From Candidatus Babeliales bacterium (GTDB taxonomy: Bacteria > Babelota > Babeliae > Babelales > JACPOV01), in assembly GCA_050250855.1 (NCBI GenBank), contig JBFWNW010000003.1:64001-128000 (forward strand): a stretch of 64,000 bases of DNA, in the 5' to 3' direction. The notes under the pieces were generated by a model that worked only from the letters and a program-made list of their open reading frames with translations, did no database searches and was not told the DNA's origin. The position numbers and the translations under genes were made by a program. This document shows positions 1 through 9,977 of this stretch, piece after piece. How positions within the stretch are numbered: position 1 is the stretch's first letter; each line of letters opens with the position of its first letter.

Positions 1-297
1 AGGTTTATTTACATCGGCTCCGTGTGCAAGTAAAAGCTCCACAAGTTCCTTATGCCCAGCTTGTGATGCTGCAATTAAGGCTGTTTGGCCATCACGCTCA
101 GAAGCATTGACATCCATTCCCGCTTGCAGCAAAAGCTTTACTATCGTGCTATATCCTCGCGCACAAGGCCATATTAAAAGTTCTGCAGGAAGCTTTTCTT
201 GCATCTCTTTACATTCAACAAGCAATGCCACAACTTTTTGGCTATCATTATCTTGAATAGTTTTAAAAAGATCAATAATTTTAGAATATTTATCCAT
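1..297 (-). CDS. Ankyrin repeat protein (runs off window start)
   Basis: Manual translation from ATG at 297: MDKYSKIIDLFKTIQDND...GMDVNASERDGQTALIAASQAGHKELVELLLAHGADVNK; not in ORF track. Confidence 0.85.
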   Translation of the reverse strand, partial: MDKYSKIIDLFKTIQDNDSQKVVALLVECKEMQEKLPAELLIWPCARGYSTIVKLLLQAGMDVNASERDGQTALIAASQAGHKELVELLLAHGADVNKP

Positions 298-306
298 AGC
301 TAAGCA

Positions 307-993
307 TTACTCTTCTTCCAGTTCTCTAAAACTTTTTTTACCAGCTGGTCCATGCCACATTTCGTGTATTGGGCTATCAGAAAAATACTTCGATGATGTT
401 ATATCAGTTAAAATAGAACTTGATATCTCTGAATCTTCATTACATGACATTGTACAAATTGAGCCAAAAAAGTTTACCACTTCAAATGAAGGTATATCTA
501 AGATATCCAATTTTTGAGCAAGTATTTTCCAGTTTTCTAAATTATAAGATGGAGATTCATATTCTCTGTTTGGATAGCTTTGAAAAGTATTATAATCATT
601 ATATCTATAAAATCTTTCTTTTCCATCTAGACCAAAAAAGTATTGCTGGCTTTCCCAACCAGGGCCCACTTCTCGTGAAGGATAAAAATATGAAAAACGA
701 TTCCAATAACAGGAAACCGTTTCATGAGCACCCTGTACATCAAATCTACAAAATTCAACAAATTCACTATCAGCGATAATGTCATCCTCATCCCATGTTA
801 CATACTGTTTGATATGCACCTTATCGGCAAGTGCTGCCAATTGAGGAATATGGGCAAATCTCTTTTTTAGCTTTTTATAAAATCGCGTTGCTAGCAGCTC
901 CAACTTTAAAGCATTGAGCGTAGTGTCTATAGATTCTGGTGTTTCATCCTGCAGGGTTTCAAAAAAAGATTTTTTTAGATTTTCTATATTCAT
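307..993 (-). CDS. Hypothetical protein (acidic/aromatic-rich)
   Basis: 228-aa ORF, AAGGA upstream, co-oriented with neighbours. Confidence 0.7.
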   Translation of the reverse strand: MNIENLKKSFFETLQDETPESIDTTLNALKLELLATRFYKKLKKRFAHIPQLAALADKVHIKQYVTWDEDDIIADSEFVEFCRFDVQGAHETVSCYWNRFSYFYPSREVGPGWESQQYFFGLDGKERFYRYNDYNTFQSYPNREYESPSYNLENWKILAQKLDILDIPSFEVVNFFGSICTMSCNEDSEISSSILTDITSSKYFSDSPIHEMWHGPAGKKSFRELEEE

Positions 994-1018
994 GGAGCAT
1001 CCTTTGAATTTATTGTTA

Positions 1019-1504
1019 TCATAGAGCTGTATCAGAACAGGTTACGCCTACATGGCCAGCACTGATGCATAAAGAGTTATTATCTGGCCGCGAGAGCCAC
1101 CAGCTCTCGTATGTCTTCTTAGTATACATGCAAAAGACCGTAATGGCCAACGAATCAGCAAACTCAAACTTAGTATCTAATGCATCATTTAAAACATGTA
1201 TGGCAATCAATTCTTTGTCCTCAAATAATGCTAGCGATTTTTCAATTTTTTTATGACTATCCTCAGAACCACAAATAGGCTTACCCGCCTTATCATCTAT
1301 GCGCCAGGCAGCTATTTCTATAGCCAAGTACCAATCAGAAAATTTTTCAATAACCTTCTGCCCACAGCGCTTCACTGGTTTTAAACGAAAACCGCCAAAT
1401 TCCATGCTCACGATAGAACCGTGAACACGCCGTACATTGCGCGCAGGCAATCCAAGAAGTTCTTTGGTAAAATGAAGAATACGCTCTTTATTATTTTTAT
1501 GCAT
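1019..1504 (-). CDS. Hypothetical protein
   Basis: 161-aa ORF overlapping the end of the upstream gene. Confidence 0.7.
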   Translation of the reverse strand: MHKNNKERILHFTKELLGLPARNVRRVHGSIVSMEFGGFRLKPVKRCGQKVIEKFSDWYLAIEIAAWRIDDKAGKPICGSEDSHKKIEKSLALFEDKELIAIHVLNDALDTKFEFADSLAITVFCMYTKKTYESWWLSRPDNNSLCISAGHVGVTCSDTAL

Positions 1505-2156
1505 TCAATAACGTTTCTATAATCTGATAGCCTTTATCATGTGCAATCATACGTGGTGTATGCCCCGTTTTATTTTTTATGTTTGGATTTGCATCACGCG
1601 AAAGAAGTTTTTTTACCATAGCCTCATCACCATAATAGGCAGCAAAGTGAAGTGCTGTCATACCATTTTTGTCCTGCAAATTTGGATCAGCACCAGCAAC
1701 TAATGCTTCTCCGACAGCATCAAGGTTTCTTTGTGCTGCTGCAATTACTAATAAAAGATTGCCATCTTTTGTCTGCTCATTTACTTTGTAGCCATAAAAA
1801 TGGGTTGGTCCTCTGCCATACCGTCCTCTTCTTGTATCATTTTTTTCTATTATTTCTAAAAGATCACTTAAGGTAAAATCTGTTAATGATCTTTTTATAA
1901 GCGGCGCGCTACACAATGCTACAACAATGAAGAAAGTTGTAAAACCATAAAACGTTGACCTACTCAACCATCCTTTATACCTGCCTATTTTATCGCAGAG
2001 ATATAAAGAAACTATAAAGCCAATAAAATAGATAGTTACATACCGGATATCATTAGAGGCAAATCCTAATTGCATCAATAGGAAAATACTGGCAATGGCG
2101 CCTAGAGCTACATAGCAAAAATCTTTATAGGTTACCTTATTATTTTTTTTATTCAT
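1497..2156 (-). CDS. Membrane-anchored ankyrin repeat protein
   Basis: About 3 N-terminal hydrophobic helices; GADPNLQDKNGMTALHFAA ankyrin motifs. Confidence 0.85.
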   Translation of the reverse strand: MNKKNNKVTYKDFCYVALGAIASIFLLMQLGFASNDIRYVTIYFIGFIVSLYLCDKIGRYKGWLSRSTFYGFTTFFIVVALCSAPLIKRSLTDFTLSDLLEIIEKNDTRRGRYGRGPTHFYGYKVNEQTKDGNLLLVIAAAQRNLDAVGEALVAGADPNLQDKNGMTALHFAAYYGDEAMVKKLLSRDANPNIKNKTGHTPRMIAHDKGYQIIETLLNA

Positions 2157-2725
2157 TCTAATAACTTCTCAATACGATAACGGCCTTTTTCATGGGCAAG
2201 CATAGAGGGTGTATAGCCGCGATTATCTTTGAGCTGTTTATTTGCACCATGAGCAATAAGTTCTTTTACTAAAGCCTCATCTCCATAATATGCCGCCATA
2301 TGGAGCGCCGCCATACCATTTTTGTCTTGTATATTTGGATCAGCGCCAGCACTCAAGAGCTCTTTAACGGCATTCAAGTTCGCTTGTGCTGCTGCAATTA
2401 CTAATAACAGAGAGCCATCTTCTGACTGCTCATTTACTTTATAATCAAAAAAATGACTGAGCCCTTTGCCAAACCTTCCTCCTCGTTGGTCATTTTTTGT
2501 AATGATTTCACGCAGATGCCACTGACTCAAAGAAGCTAATGACTTTTTTCGACGCGGGGGCAATAAAAATATTACGCAGCCTATGAAAATAAAAACTCCT
2601 AGAAAGATAAAAAAAGTTGACTTACGCCATGGAGTACCAAATTGTGCTCTCTGCCCAAGAGAGGTAAACAGTGCAAGAAAAACTGCCACCGTAACTAGAA
2701 ATAAAATATCGGTATATGATATCAT
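2153..2725 (-). CDS. Membrane-anchored ankyrin repeat protein, paralogue of 1497..2156
   Basis: 2 TM helices; near-identical C-terminal half (YKVNEQ..DG.LLLVIAAAQ.NL, GADPN.QDKNGM). Confidence 0.85.
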   Translation of the reverse strand: MISYTDILFLVTVAVFLALFTSLGQRAQFGTPWRKSTFFIFLGVFIFIGCVIFLLPPRRKKSLASLSQWHLREIITKNDQRGGRFGKGLSHFFDYKVNEQSEDGSLLLVIAAAQANLNAVKELLSAGADPNIQDKNGMAALHMAAYYGDEALVKELIAHGANKQLKDNRGYTPSMLAHEKGRYRIEKLLE

Positions 2726-2742
2726 TTTTTATACTTTTTTAA

Positions 2743-4554
2743 TTATACAACAACGCCCTCTATCTCTTGCAATAAGGCAACTATCTTTTCATTCTTACGC
2801 TTTTTAGCATAATCAAGCGCTGTTTTTCCTTCAGTATCTTGCAGTCTATAATCAGCACCTGATGCCAGGAGAAATTGTACGTATGAAACATCATCACCAT
2901 ACCATTGAGCGGCTCTATGTAATACCGCTTCACCGCGATCATCTTGCGCATTAACCACCGCGCCATGCTGTATCAGCACCTTGGCAGCATCTTTACAGGC
3001 AAATTTTAACGGAAAACCGCGATTGGGACAAGCGCCTGCTTGCAATAAATATTCAACTATTTCAAAATAGGAACTATTATCTTTAGACGCCGCATAACAT
3101 AATGGCGTATCGCCATGATTATCGCTACCATTAATATCTGCACCATGCTCAACCAATACTTTTATACAAGAAAAATAATCTATAGCACTATTATAATCAT
3201 GACTATTACACATAAGGTGGAGCGCCGTTCGCCCTCTATTATTTCTATGGTCCACCATAGCACCGTGCTTTAAAAGAAGCTTGATAGTCTTTTCATCCGT
3301 TGCACAATGTAAGGGTGTATCACCCGCTTTATTGGGGTTTGAAATCTTGGCACCATGCTGTAAAAGCAGCTTTATAAGCTTTCTGCGATCTCTTTTGGTT
3401 GCTGCAAACAATGGCGTTTCACTACCGGTATTAACACAGGCTTTGTGATGTAATAATCGTTGAATTATTGCACTATTATGTTCATGAACAGCGCATGCCG
3501 TATAAAGAGCAGTAACACCATCACTATCGAGCTCATCCAATGGTATCTTTTCTTGTACCAGAAAATCAATTACGGCACAAATTTGAGATGTATCGCTCTC
3601 ATATTGACCCACGGTTGCAGCTACATGCAAAAGCGTTTGGCCGCGCTCATTACGCTCATTTTTTTGTGCACCATGAGCAAGCAAAAGTTTTATACTGTTT
3701 AAAGCAGCCCCACGCACAGCCTTAAACAGTGGGGTTTCACCATCAAGATCTTTTTTATGAACTGATATCTTTTTCTCAATAAAAAATTTAATTAACTGCC
3801 CATTTCCCATAAGAGCTGCTTTATGCAATGGTGTTTGTTTCTTTTTATCTTCGACATCTAACGATGCACCAAGCTGTACCAGCAATTGCGCACAAAGAAA
3901 ACCTTTTTGGACGTCCGTACAAGCTGCTGCAAAATGCAACGGCGTTTTGCCAGAATCCTTTATAGCTTCATGATAATCACCGTCATAGTAAAAATTCTTT
4001 GCAAAATAAGAGTGTTTTTCAAGCTTTGCACTGTACGTATACAAAAGCTGCACCATTGCAACGTCACCATGCCCTGCAGCACTATGCAAAGGAGTTTCCT
4101 TTTCATAACCAAGCTCGATATCAGATTTTCCGCGGCAAGCATTTACATCAGCGCCATGCTCAAGCAAAAGTTTAGCTGCTTTAAGATTGCCATACATAAC
4201 AGCAACCAATAAAGGATTTTTGCCATGTCTATTTTCGCACGCCAATGATGGCTTGTGGGCTAACAGCAAATTAAGCAATGAAAAATCATCACCCTCTAAA
4301 GCGCGGTCTAATGCAGCATGCAAAGAGGTATCGCCACCACAATCTCCTTTACGCATCTTAACATCACTGCGTGCACCACGCTTGAGTAGTGCTTCAATGG
4401 CAGAAAAATCTAATTCTTTTTGATGAACGGCCTCCCATAACTTATCATCAAGGGTTAGTTTAACTTCTTCCTGCGCTCTTATTTGAGTAAAAAAAAACAA
4501 GACCCCTACAAATAATTTTAATGCGCACCATGCGCTAAAAGTTTTTTTGTCCAT
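2743..4554 (-). CDS. Long ankyrin repeat protein with N-terminal signal peptide
   Basis: Many TPLH/HGA repeats; hydrophobic N-terminus ending IRA-QEE. Confidence 0.9.
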   Translation of the reverse strand: MDKKTFSAWCALKLFVGVLFFFTQIRAQEEVKLTLDDKLWEAVHQKELDFSAIEALLKRGARSDVKMRKGDCGGDTSLHAALDRALEGDDFSLLNLLLAHKPSLACENRHGKNPLLVAVMYGNLKAAKLLLEHGADVNACRGKSDIELGYEKETPLHSAAGHGDVAMVQLLYTYSAKLEKHSYFAKNFYYDGDYHEAIKDSGKTPLHFAAACTDVQKGFLCAQLLVQLGASLDVEDKKKQTPLHKAALMGNGQLIKFFIEKKISVHKKDLDGETPLFKAVRGAALNSIKLLLAHGAQKNERNERGQTLLHVAATVGQYESDTSQICAVIDFLVQEKIPLDELDSDGVTALYTACAVHEHNSAIIQRLLHHKACVNTGSETPLFAATKRDRRKLIKLLLQHGAKISNPNKAGDTPLHCATDEKTIKLLLKHGAMVDHRNNRGRTALHLMCNSHDYNSAIDYFSCIKVLVEHGADINGSDNHGDTPLCYAASKDNSSYFEIVEYLLQAGACPNRGFPLKFACKDAAKVLIQHGAVVNAQDDRGEAVLHRAAQWYGDDVSYVQFLLASGADYRLQDTEGKTALDYAKKRKNEKIVALLQEIEGVVV

Positions 4555-5189
4555 GCTCCAAATAACTCCTCATAATCATCTAACATACTATTACAATATA
4601 ACGGAGACGGCCTGCCTTTATTAACACCCGCTCCATGCGCAAGTAAACAATCAAAGAGAAGCGGATCAAAAAGAGTATGCATAACCGTGTTACATAATGG
4701 TGTACAGTTACTATTATCCAAAGCATTAATATCGGCACCATGTTGAATCAAAAATTCCACAAACTCTCGCTCTTCTTGCATAATTCTATAGTCGCTACTG
4801 CTTATTGTTTGCATCTGCTCTTTAGAAAAGTGGGATACTAGAATTATTTTGCCCTCTTGCTCAACATAACATCGGGGAGTTTCTGTTATCAGATGTAAAA
4901 CTGTTTTGCCTTCATTATTTCTTGCATTAATATCAGCGCCATGATCCAACAGAAACTGCGCTCTTTTTATATCGCGCGTTACATGCAAGGGCGCATTCCC
5001 CCAAAAGTCCACGGTTGCGGTAACTGCCATACAGCCATCTTTTACTTTTTCTATACATTCATCGTCTAATTTTTCAGCGGGCGTCCGAAATCGTTCTATA
5101 ACTTTGCTTTGGCCTCTTTTTGATTTTTTATAAAACGCATGACTTGGCATATTAAAACATACAACAACCATAATAAGTAAAAAATTCAC
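4518..5189 (-). CDS. Ankyrin repeat protein, probably secreted
   Basis: HGADINARNNEGKTVLH motifs; signal-like N-terminus; GTG start. Confidence 0.85.
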   Translation of the reverse strand: MNFLLIMVVVCFNMPSHAFYKKSKRGQSKVIERFRTPAEKLDDECIEKVKDGCMAVTATVDFWGNAPLHVTRDIKRAQFLLDHGADINARNNEGKTVLHLITETPRCYVEQEGKIILVSHFSKEQMQTISSSDYRIMQEEREFVEFLIQHGADINALDNSNCTPLCNTVMHTLFDPLLFDCLLAHGAGVNKGRPSPLYCNSMLDDYEELFGAWTKKLLAHGAH

Positions 5190-5264
5190 CCAAACTCCTT
5201 TAATAAGAAGATTAAAACCTCAACCGGTTGAAGAAATTTCCCTATAGAGTAAACTTAATATGGT

Positions 5265-5867
5265 ATGAAAAAAAATGCTAATAAAACAATCCAAGCTTTA
5301 TTCAAGGCCATAAAAAAAAATAATACCCAAGAAGTAAAATTTCTTCTTGGCCAAGGACTTTCTGCGTATACAAGAAACCGTAGCGGAAAAAGTGCTTTTG
5401 CTTATGCAATAAAGTATGGAAATCTTGAAATTGAAGAGCTTCTAGAAGATTCGTTAGAAAAACCAGACCACTTTGATACAACACCGTTAATGTATGCCGT
5501 TCGGGGTAACAACACCGTTCTTGTAAAACAACTACTGCACGCAGGCGCTAACCCAAACGCCTCAACGTATTCAGGACATACCGCTTTAATGTTTGCAGGA
5601 AATAAAGACCCAGAAATAACTTCTTTATTGTTGCAGTATAATGCTCAGGTTAATGCAAAAACAGTTTTTGGCTGGACAGCCTTAATGGAAGCCGCTTATT
5701 ATAATGATGCTGCCATGGTACAGCAACTACTCCAGGCTGGAGCAAAGGTTGCTCTAAAAAATCACCTTGGTAGAACTGCTCTTATTGATGCTCAGCAACG
5801 TGGGCATACAGAGATTGTTAAACTGCTTTTGGCGCATAGAGCAAAAAAAATTAAAACTCGCGTTTAA
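5265..5867 (+). CDS. Ankyrin repeat protein
   Basis: TPLMYAV, GANPN, GWTALMEAA repeats. Confidence 0.9.
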   Translation: MKKNANKTIQALFKAIKKNNTQEVKFLLGQGLSAYTRNRSGKSAFAYAIKYGNLEIEELLEDSLEKPDHFDTTPLMYAVRGNNTVLVKQLLHAGANPNASTYSGHTALMFAGNKDPEITSLLLQYNAQVNAKTVFGWTALMEAAYYNDAAMVQQLLQAGAKVALKNHLGRTALIDAQQRGHTEIVKLLLAHRAKKIKTRV

Positions 5868-6669
5868 AAACAATATTCTCTGGATGTTCTTGGCAATAAA
5901 AAAGATAGATGTGTCCGACGCTTGTCCATTTATCCTCTTGTTCATAAGCGGCACTTATCTGAAACAGCAAATCCATAGTAGTATAACATGTGCGGCATGA
6001 TGGAAATTTTTCAAGATCCATGCCAAAAGGCATGCCCAAATACTTAGTACCATCAGGGCATCCGAGCGAACAACCTACTTTGCATCCGTATAAAGAAGCG
6101 CTTTGGCCAAGTTCATTATAAAACAGTTCAACTTCTGTTTCATCAGAACTATCAGCAAGCTCAGCAAGGTTCTCGTAGGCATCGTCATCTAGTAGTTCTA
6201 TATTTTTAAGTTGTTTTATTTTCGTAAACGTAATTCTACGAGGATTAGTTTCGTTTATATTTGATGAGGAAATCTCTTTCATTTTTGCAAGCGAAGGCGC
6301 AGCATATTTGCGCAAACAGTACAGCTTTTCATAGCGAGTGATAGTATTGTTAAAACAGTTTTTACATATAAAAAAAGTATATAAACAGTTTTTTTCAATT
6401 GTTTTAGGAACCTCTGCCAAATCAAGTTCTGACGTATTTACTTGAAAGATAAAAAAAAGTTCTTTAGTGCACAATCCACAAACCGGCCACGGCTCACCCT
6501 CGCTATAGGGTTTGCCACCGAATTTTGAAACAACACTTTGTTCAATAACAAGAGGATCTTGATCTTCATACTCTTCAGGAAGCTCACCATGAAAGCGAAA
6601 GGTAATATCTAGATAGGTCGACAAAAATTTTTTAAGTTCATCATCTGTTAGCATGTTAGACCTCGACAT
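5851..6669 (-). CDS. YwqG/DUF1963-like protein (CxxC-rich)
   Basis: SKFGGKPY..E.WP.C..C...L.FIFQ motif; C-terminal LLFQI...G.IYLFYC. Confidence 0.7.
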   Translation of the reverse strand: MSRSNMLTDDELKKFLSTYLDITFRFHGELPEEYEDQDPLVIEQSVVSKFGGKPYSEGEPWPVCGLCTKELFFIFQVNTSELDLAEVPKTIEKNCLYTFFICKNCFNNTITRYEKLYCLRKYAAPSLAKMKEISSSNINETNPRRITFTKIKQLKNIELLDDDAYENLAELADSSDETEVELFYNELGQSASLYGCKVGCSLGCPDGTKYLGMPFGMDLEKFPSCRTCYTTMDLLFQISAAYEQEDKWTSVGHIYLFYCQEHPENIVFKREF

Positions 6670-7478
6670 TCGTTATTTTCCGGATGCTCTGGACAGTAAA
6701 ATATATATAATGCACCAGCATCACCCCATGAAAAGCCAGCTTCAGCTTGCAACTGAAACAATAAAGCCATGGGTTTACTACACATTAAACACTCAGGAGT
6801 ATCCATGTCGTTAAAAAAATTAGGAACACCTAAATATTTAGTGGCGTCACCATCATCATTAAAATCCGTCATGTTAAGCAATTCTTCACCAATTTTTTGA
6901 TAAAGATCTTCTTCTTGATCTGGACTCTCAGCAATCAGGTCAAGTACTAACGATGATGCTGCATCACAATCTTCGAGTCTCAAAAAAGATATGCTTTTAA
7001 TTAAATCTATTTTACTAGGAATAATATTAGCCCCTCCTGCATAAAAATCCGCATAAAAATCCGACATTTCGGGTTGATGCATCTCCTGCGCTTTATCCAA
7101 TGAAGGAGAATAATATTTTCTTAGACAATAGGTAGTATTCGGCTTATCATCAACACCCTTAAAACATTCCATAGGACATATAAAAAAAACATATAAACAA
7201 TTATTTTCAACATTTTTACCAAAATTATCAAGACCAGTATTATTACATTGAAATATAAAAGAAAGTGGTTCTTTACATGAAGTACAGAGAGGCCATGACT
7301 CACCCTCACTATAGGGTTTGCCCCCAAATTTTGAAACCGTAGTTAGTTTTGCCATATCTTCTGATGGTTGAACATCAAACTTAAATGATTTCTCTATACA
7401 AGCTGAAAAAATTTCTTTTAGTTCATCCATACTAAAAGAGCAATATTTTGTATTAATTTTAAGAGTATCAGTATTCAT
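6648..7478 (-). CDS. YwqG/DUF1963-like protein, paralogue of 5851..6669
   Basis: SKFGGKPYSEGESWPLC and LLFQL...WGDAGALYIFYC motifs. Confidence 0.75.
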   Translation of the reverse strand: MNTDTLKINTKYCSFSMDELKEIFSACIEKSFKFDVQPSEDMAKLTTVSKFGGKPYSEGESWPLCTSCKEPLSFIFQCNNTGLDNFGKNVENNCLYVFFICPMECFKGVDDKPNTTYCLRKYYSPSLDKAQEMHQPEMSDFYADFYAGGANIIPSKIDLIKSISFLRLEDCDAASSLVLDLIAESPDQEEDLYQKIGEELLNMTDFNDDGDATKYLGVPNFFNDMDTPECLMCSKPMALLFQLQAEAGFSWGDAGALYIFYCPEHPENNECRGLTC

Positions 7479-7501
7479 AAATCCTCACAGTTTAAAAAAT
7501 A

Positions 7502-8314
7502 CTAAAAATTGTTATTAAACATATCAGTTAGCTTCTTTTTATATATTCTTTTTTTATAAGCATCATCCTCTTCTGGCAAAACTATTACCACTCGTGCATC
7601 AACATTCAGATAATGCACGCCATTGATAACCGTATAAAAATCTGCATGATGACAATGGCCATAAATATGAATCTTTGGCTTATAGCTATCAACAAGTTCA
7701 AATAATTCGGCATTACCAATCGATCGATTGCCTCTTTGATCAAAAACAGGAAGCGAAGGCGTTTCGTGCGTCATAAAAATATCAACTTCTTGCACAAGCA
7801 TTTTCTGCGCCCATTGCATATAATTTTCATGCGGCATTTTGTGCGGATGCACTTTACTTGAAATGGTACCGTGAACACCACCCAAAGAACCTACCAACGT
7901 TTGTATTACTTTGCCATGTTCTAACGCTGCATACTTTTCTTGTTTATTCTTCAGCGCCACGTGCTTATTTTCAGGATCTGGCAAATCATGGTTTCCCTGT
8001 ACAAAATAAAACTCTCGAGCTCGTTGTGCCAAAAATTCATAGGATGGCGTTGGGTTATCATCAGAGCCATAGATATTTTTACCTGCCATATCACCAGCCG
8101 TCAAAACAACAAACTGATCTAGATGTAAAAAGCTATCAAGCATTTCTACTACTAAAGGGGTGTGGCCATGCATATCACTCATAAGAAAAGTCGGATGCAA
8201 AAAAAGAGATGATTCAACCACGATAACTTTTTTTATATCATGGGGCTTGTAAGCAATACCTCTTTTATTTTTTGAGGGAGGAAAATGCCAAGAATATTCA
8301 TGTATAATACGCAT
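7502..8314 (-). CDS. Calcineurin-like metallophosphoesterase
   Basis: Intact SDMHG, AGD, GNHD, THE, GHCH motifs. Confidence 0.9.
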   Translation of the reverse strand: MRIIHEYSWHFPPSKNKRGIAYKPHDIKKVIVVESSLFLHPTFLMSDMHGHTPLVVEMLDSFLHLDQFVVLTAGDMAGKNIYGSDDNPTPSYEFLAQRAREFYFVQGNHDLPDPENKHVALKNKQEKYAALEHGKVIQTLVGSLGGVHGTISSKVHPHKMPHENYMQWAQKMLVQEVDIFMTHETPSLPVFDQRGNRSIGNAELFELVDSYKPKIHIYGHCHHADFYTVINGVHYLNVDARVVIVLPEEDDAYKKRIYKKKLTDMFNNNF

Positions 8315-8389
8315 AATTTTTTATTTTCAGCTATTTTTGCAATAAATATTTTCTTTTAGAAATTAATAAAAAAATAACAATTTCGAGGG

Positions 8390-8418
8390 TCGACAAAATT
8401 ATCACATAATTGTATACT
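8390..8418 (+). promoter_or_regulatory. Putative sigma70 promoter for the ankyrin operon
   Basis: TCGACA-N17-TATACT upstream of 8466. Confidence 0.5.
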
Positions 8419-8465
8419 TTATTGTATCGATAATTATTCATAAAACAAGCTCCTTAAGGATCTTT

Positions 8466-9977
8466 ATGTCTAAAAAACAAGCGCTAACATCCCGTCTTTT
8501 TGATGCCATGGTGGATAATGATATACCTAAAGTACAATCAATTCTTGCTCAAGGGGTTGCTATAAACCAAGGGGAACGGGACCAAACTCCTTTAATGTAT
8601 GCAGCTTATTGGGGCAAAACTGAAATAGTGAAGCTTCTTTTAGTGCATAATCCTGAGATTAATAAACAGGACGATTCTGGCTGCAACGCTTTACTTTTGG
8701 CATTAAAATCATTGTATAAGCAAGAGATCATAGAGATGCTTCTTGATGCAGGTGCTGACGTCAATATGCCGGATAAAGACGGCATGACCCCTTTTTTACA
8801 AGCTGCTTCTAGCTCTGATCTATCCCTGATTAAGCTCATGTTGAAAAAAGGTGCTCATGTGCACAGTCAAAGCAATGATGGCAAAACAGCTTTAATCTAT
8901 GCAGTTTCTCGCACACTCTACAACCCTGAAGATCAGGAAAAACAGGCACAATGCATCAAGCTTTTCTTGCAGCATGGCGTAGCAATAAACCACCAAGACA
9001 ACAAGGGAAAAAGCGCTTTTTTGACTGCCGTTGATTATGATAACCCAAAAGTAGTAGAAATTTTACTTGCTGCTGGCGCAGATGTTTCTCAAAAAAATGC
9101 TGAAGGAAAAACAGCACTCACACTGGCAAGCCTCTTTAATATGCATGAGATTGCAAAAATGTTAGTACAATATGGTGCTCCGCTTGAGACACTGTTGGAT
9201 GCAGTTGTCGTCAATGATTGCACCAAAGCAAAAGAGATGCTTGCCAAAAAGAAAAAAATCTCTCAAGCCGTTTTGCAAGATTATATACACAAAGCGGTAA
9301 AAAATGGTTTTTTAGAAATGGCAACATTACTTATCAACCATACTCCCGATTGTCTTACTGATAAAATTTTTGCACAAAAAACGCTATGGATTGCCATTGA
9401 TAATAATGATAGCGCTCTGGTGCAAAAACTTATTGCATTAGGAGTACCAGCAACCGTACAGGATGAATATAAAACAACGTCACTATTACATGCTCTTGCT
9501 GCAAATAGATACAACGAAAAAAATATTACTGATCTTATACATGTTTTGCTGAACGCTGGTGTGGATGTAAACAAACCAAACTATGAAGGATGGACTCCTT
9601 TAATGACCGCTGCTGAAAATGGCAATACTGAGCTTGTTACACTCCTCCTTGCACATGGCGCTACAGTTGATAAAAAAAATATGCATGCAAGTTCTCCTTT
9701 AATGCGTGCTGTTGGCAATGGCCATACCAACATAGCAAAAATTTTATTAGAAGCTGGTGCTGACATTAATCATAAAAATAGATATGGCGCTACGGCATTA
9801 ATACTTGCTTCTGGCTCGCGGGGCTCAAAAGAGTTGGTAGAACTCCTACTTGAATATAAAGCCCTCGTTGATACAAAAGACAAAGAAGGTAAAAACGCTT
9901 TGTATTATGCTCAAGCAAATAATAAGCTCGATATCGTAGCTCTTTTAAAAAATCATACTACAGAGAGTTCTTTATAA
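8466..9977 (+). CDS. Ankyrin repeat protein
   Basis: Multiple canonical ankyrin repeats. Confidence 0.92.
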   Translation: MSKKQALTSRLFDAMVDNDIPKVQSILAQGVAINQGERDQTPLMYAAYWGKTEIVKLLLVHNPEINKQDDSGCNALLLALKSLYKQEIIEMLLDAGADVNMPDKDGMTPFLQAASSSDLSLIKLMLKKGAHVHSQSNDGKTALIYAVSRTLYNPEDQEKQAQCIKLFLQHGVAINHQDNKGKSAFLTAVDYDNPKVVEILLAAGADVSQKNAEGKTALTLASLFNMHEIAKMLVQYGAPLETLLDAVVVNDCTKAKEMLAKKKKISQAVLQDYIHKAVKNGFLEMATLLINHTPDCLTDKIFAQKTLWIAIDNNDSALVQKLIALGVPATVQDEYKTTSLLHALAANRYNEKNITDLIHVLLNAGVDVNKPNYEGWTPLMTAAENGNTELVTLLLAHGATVDKKNMHASSPLMRAVGNGHTNIAKILLEAGADINHKNRYGATALILASGSRGSKELVELLLEYKALVDTKDKEGKNALYYAQANNKLDIVALLKNHTTESSL

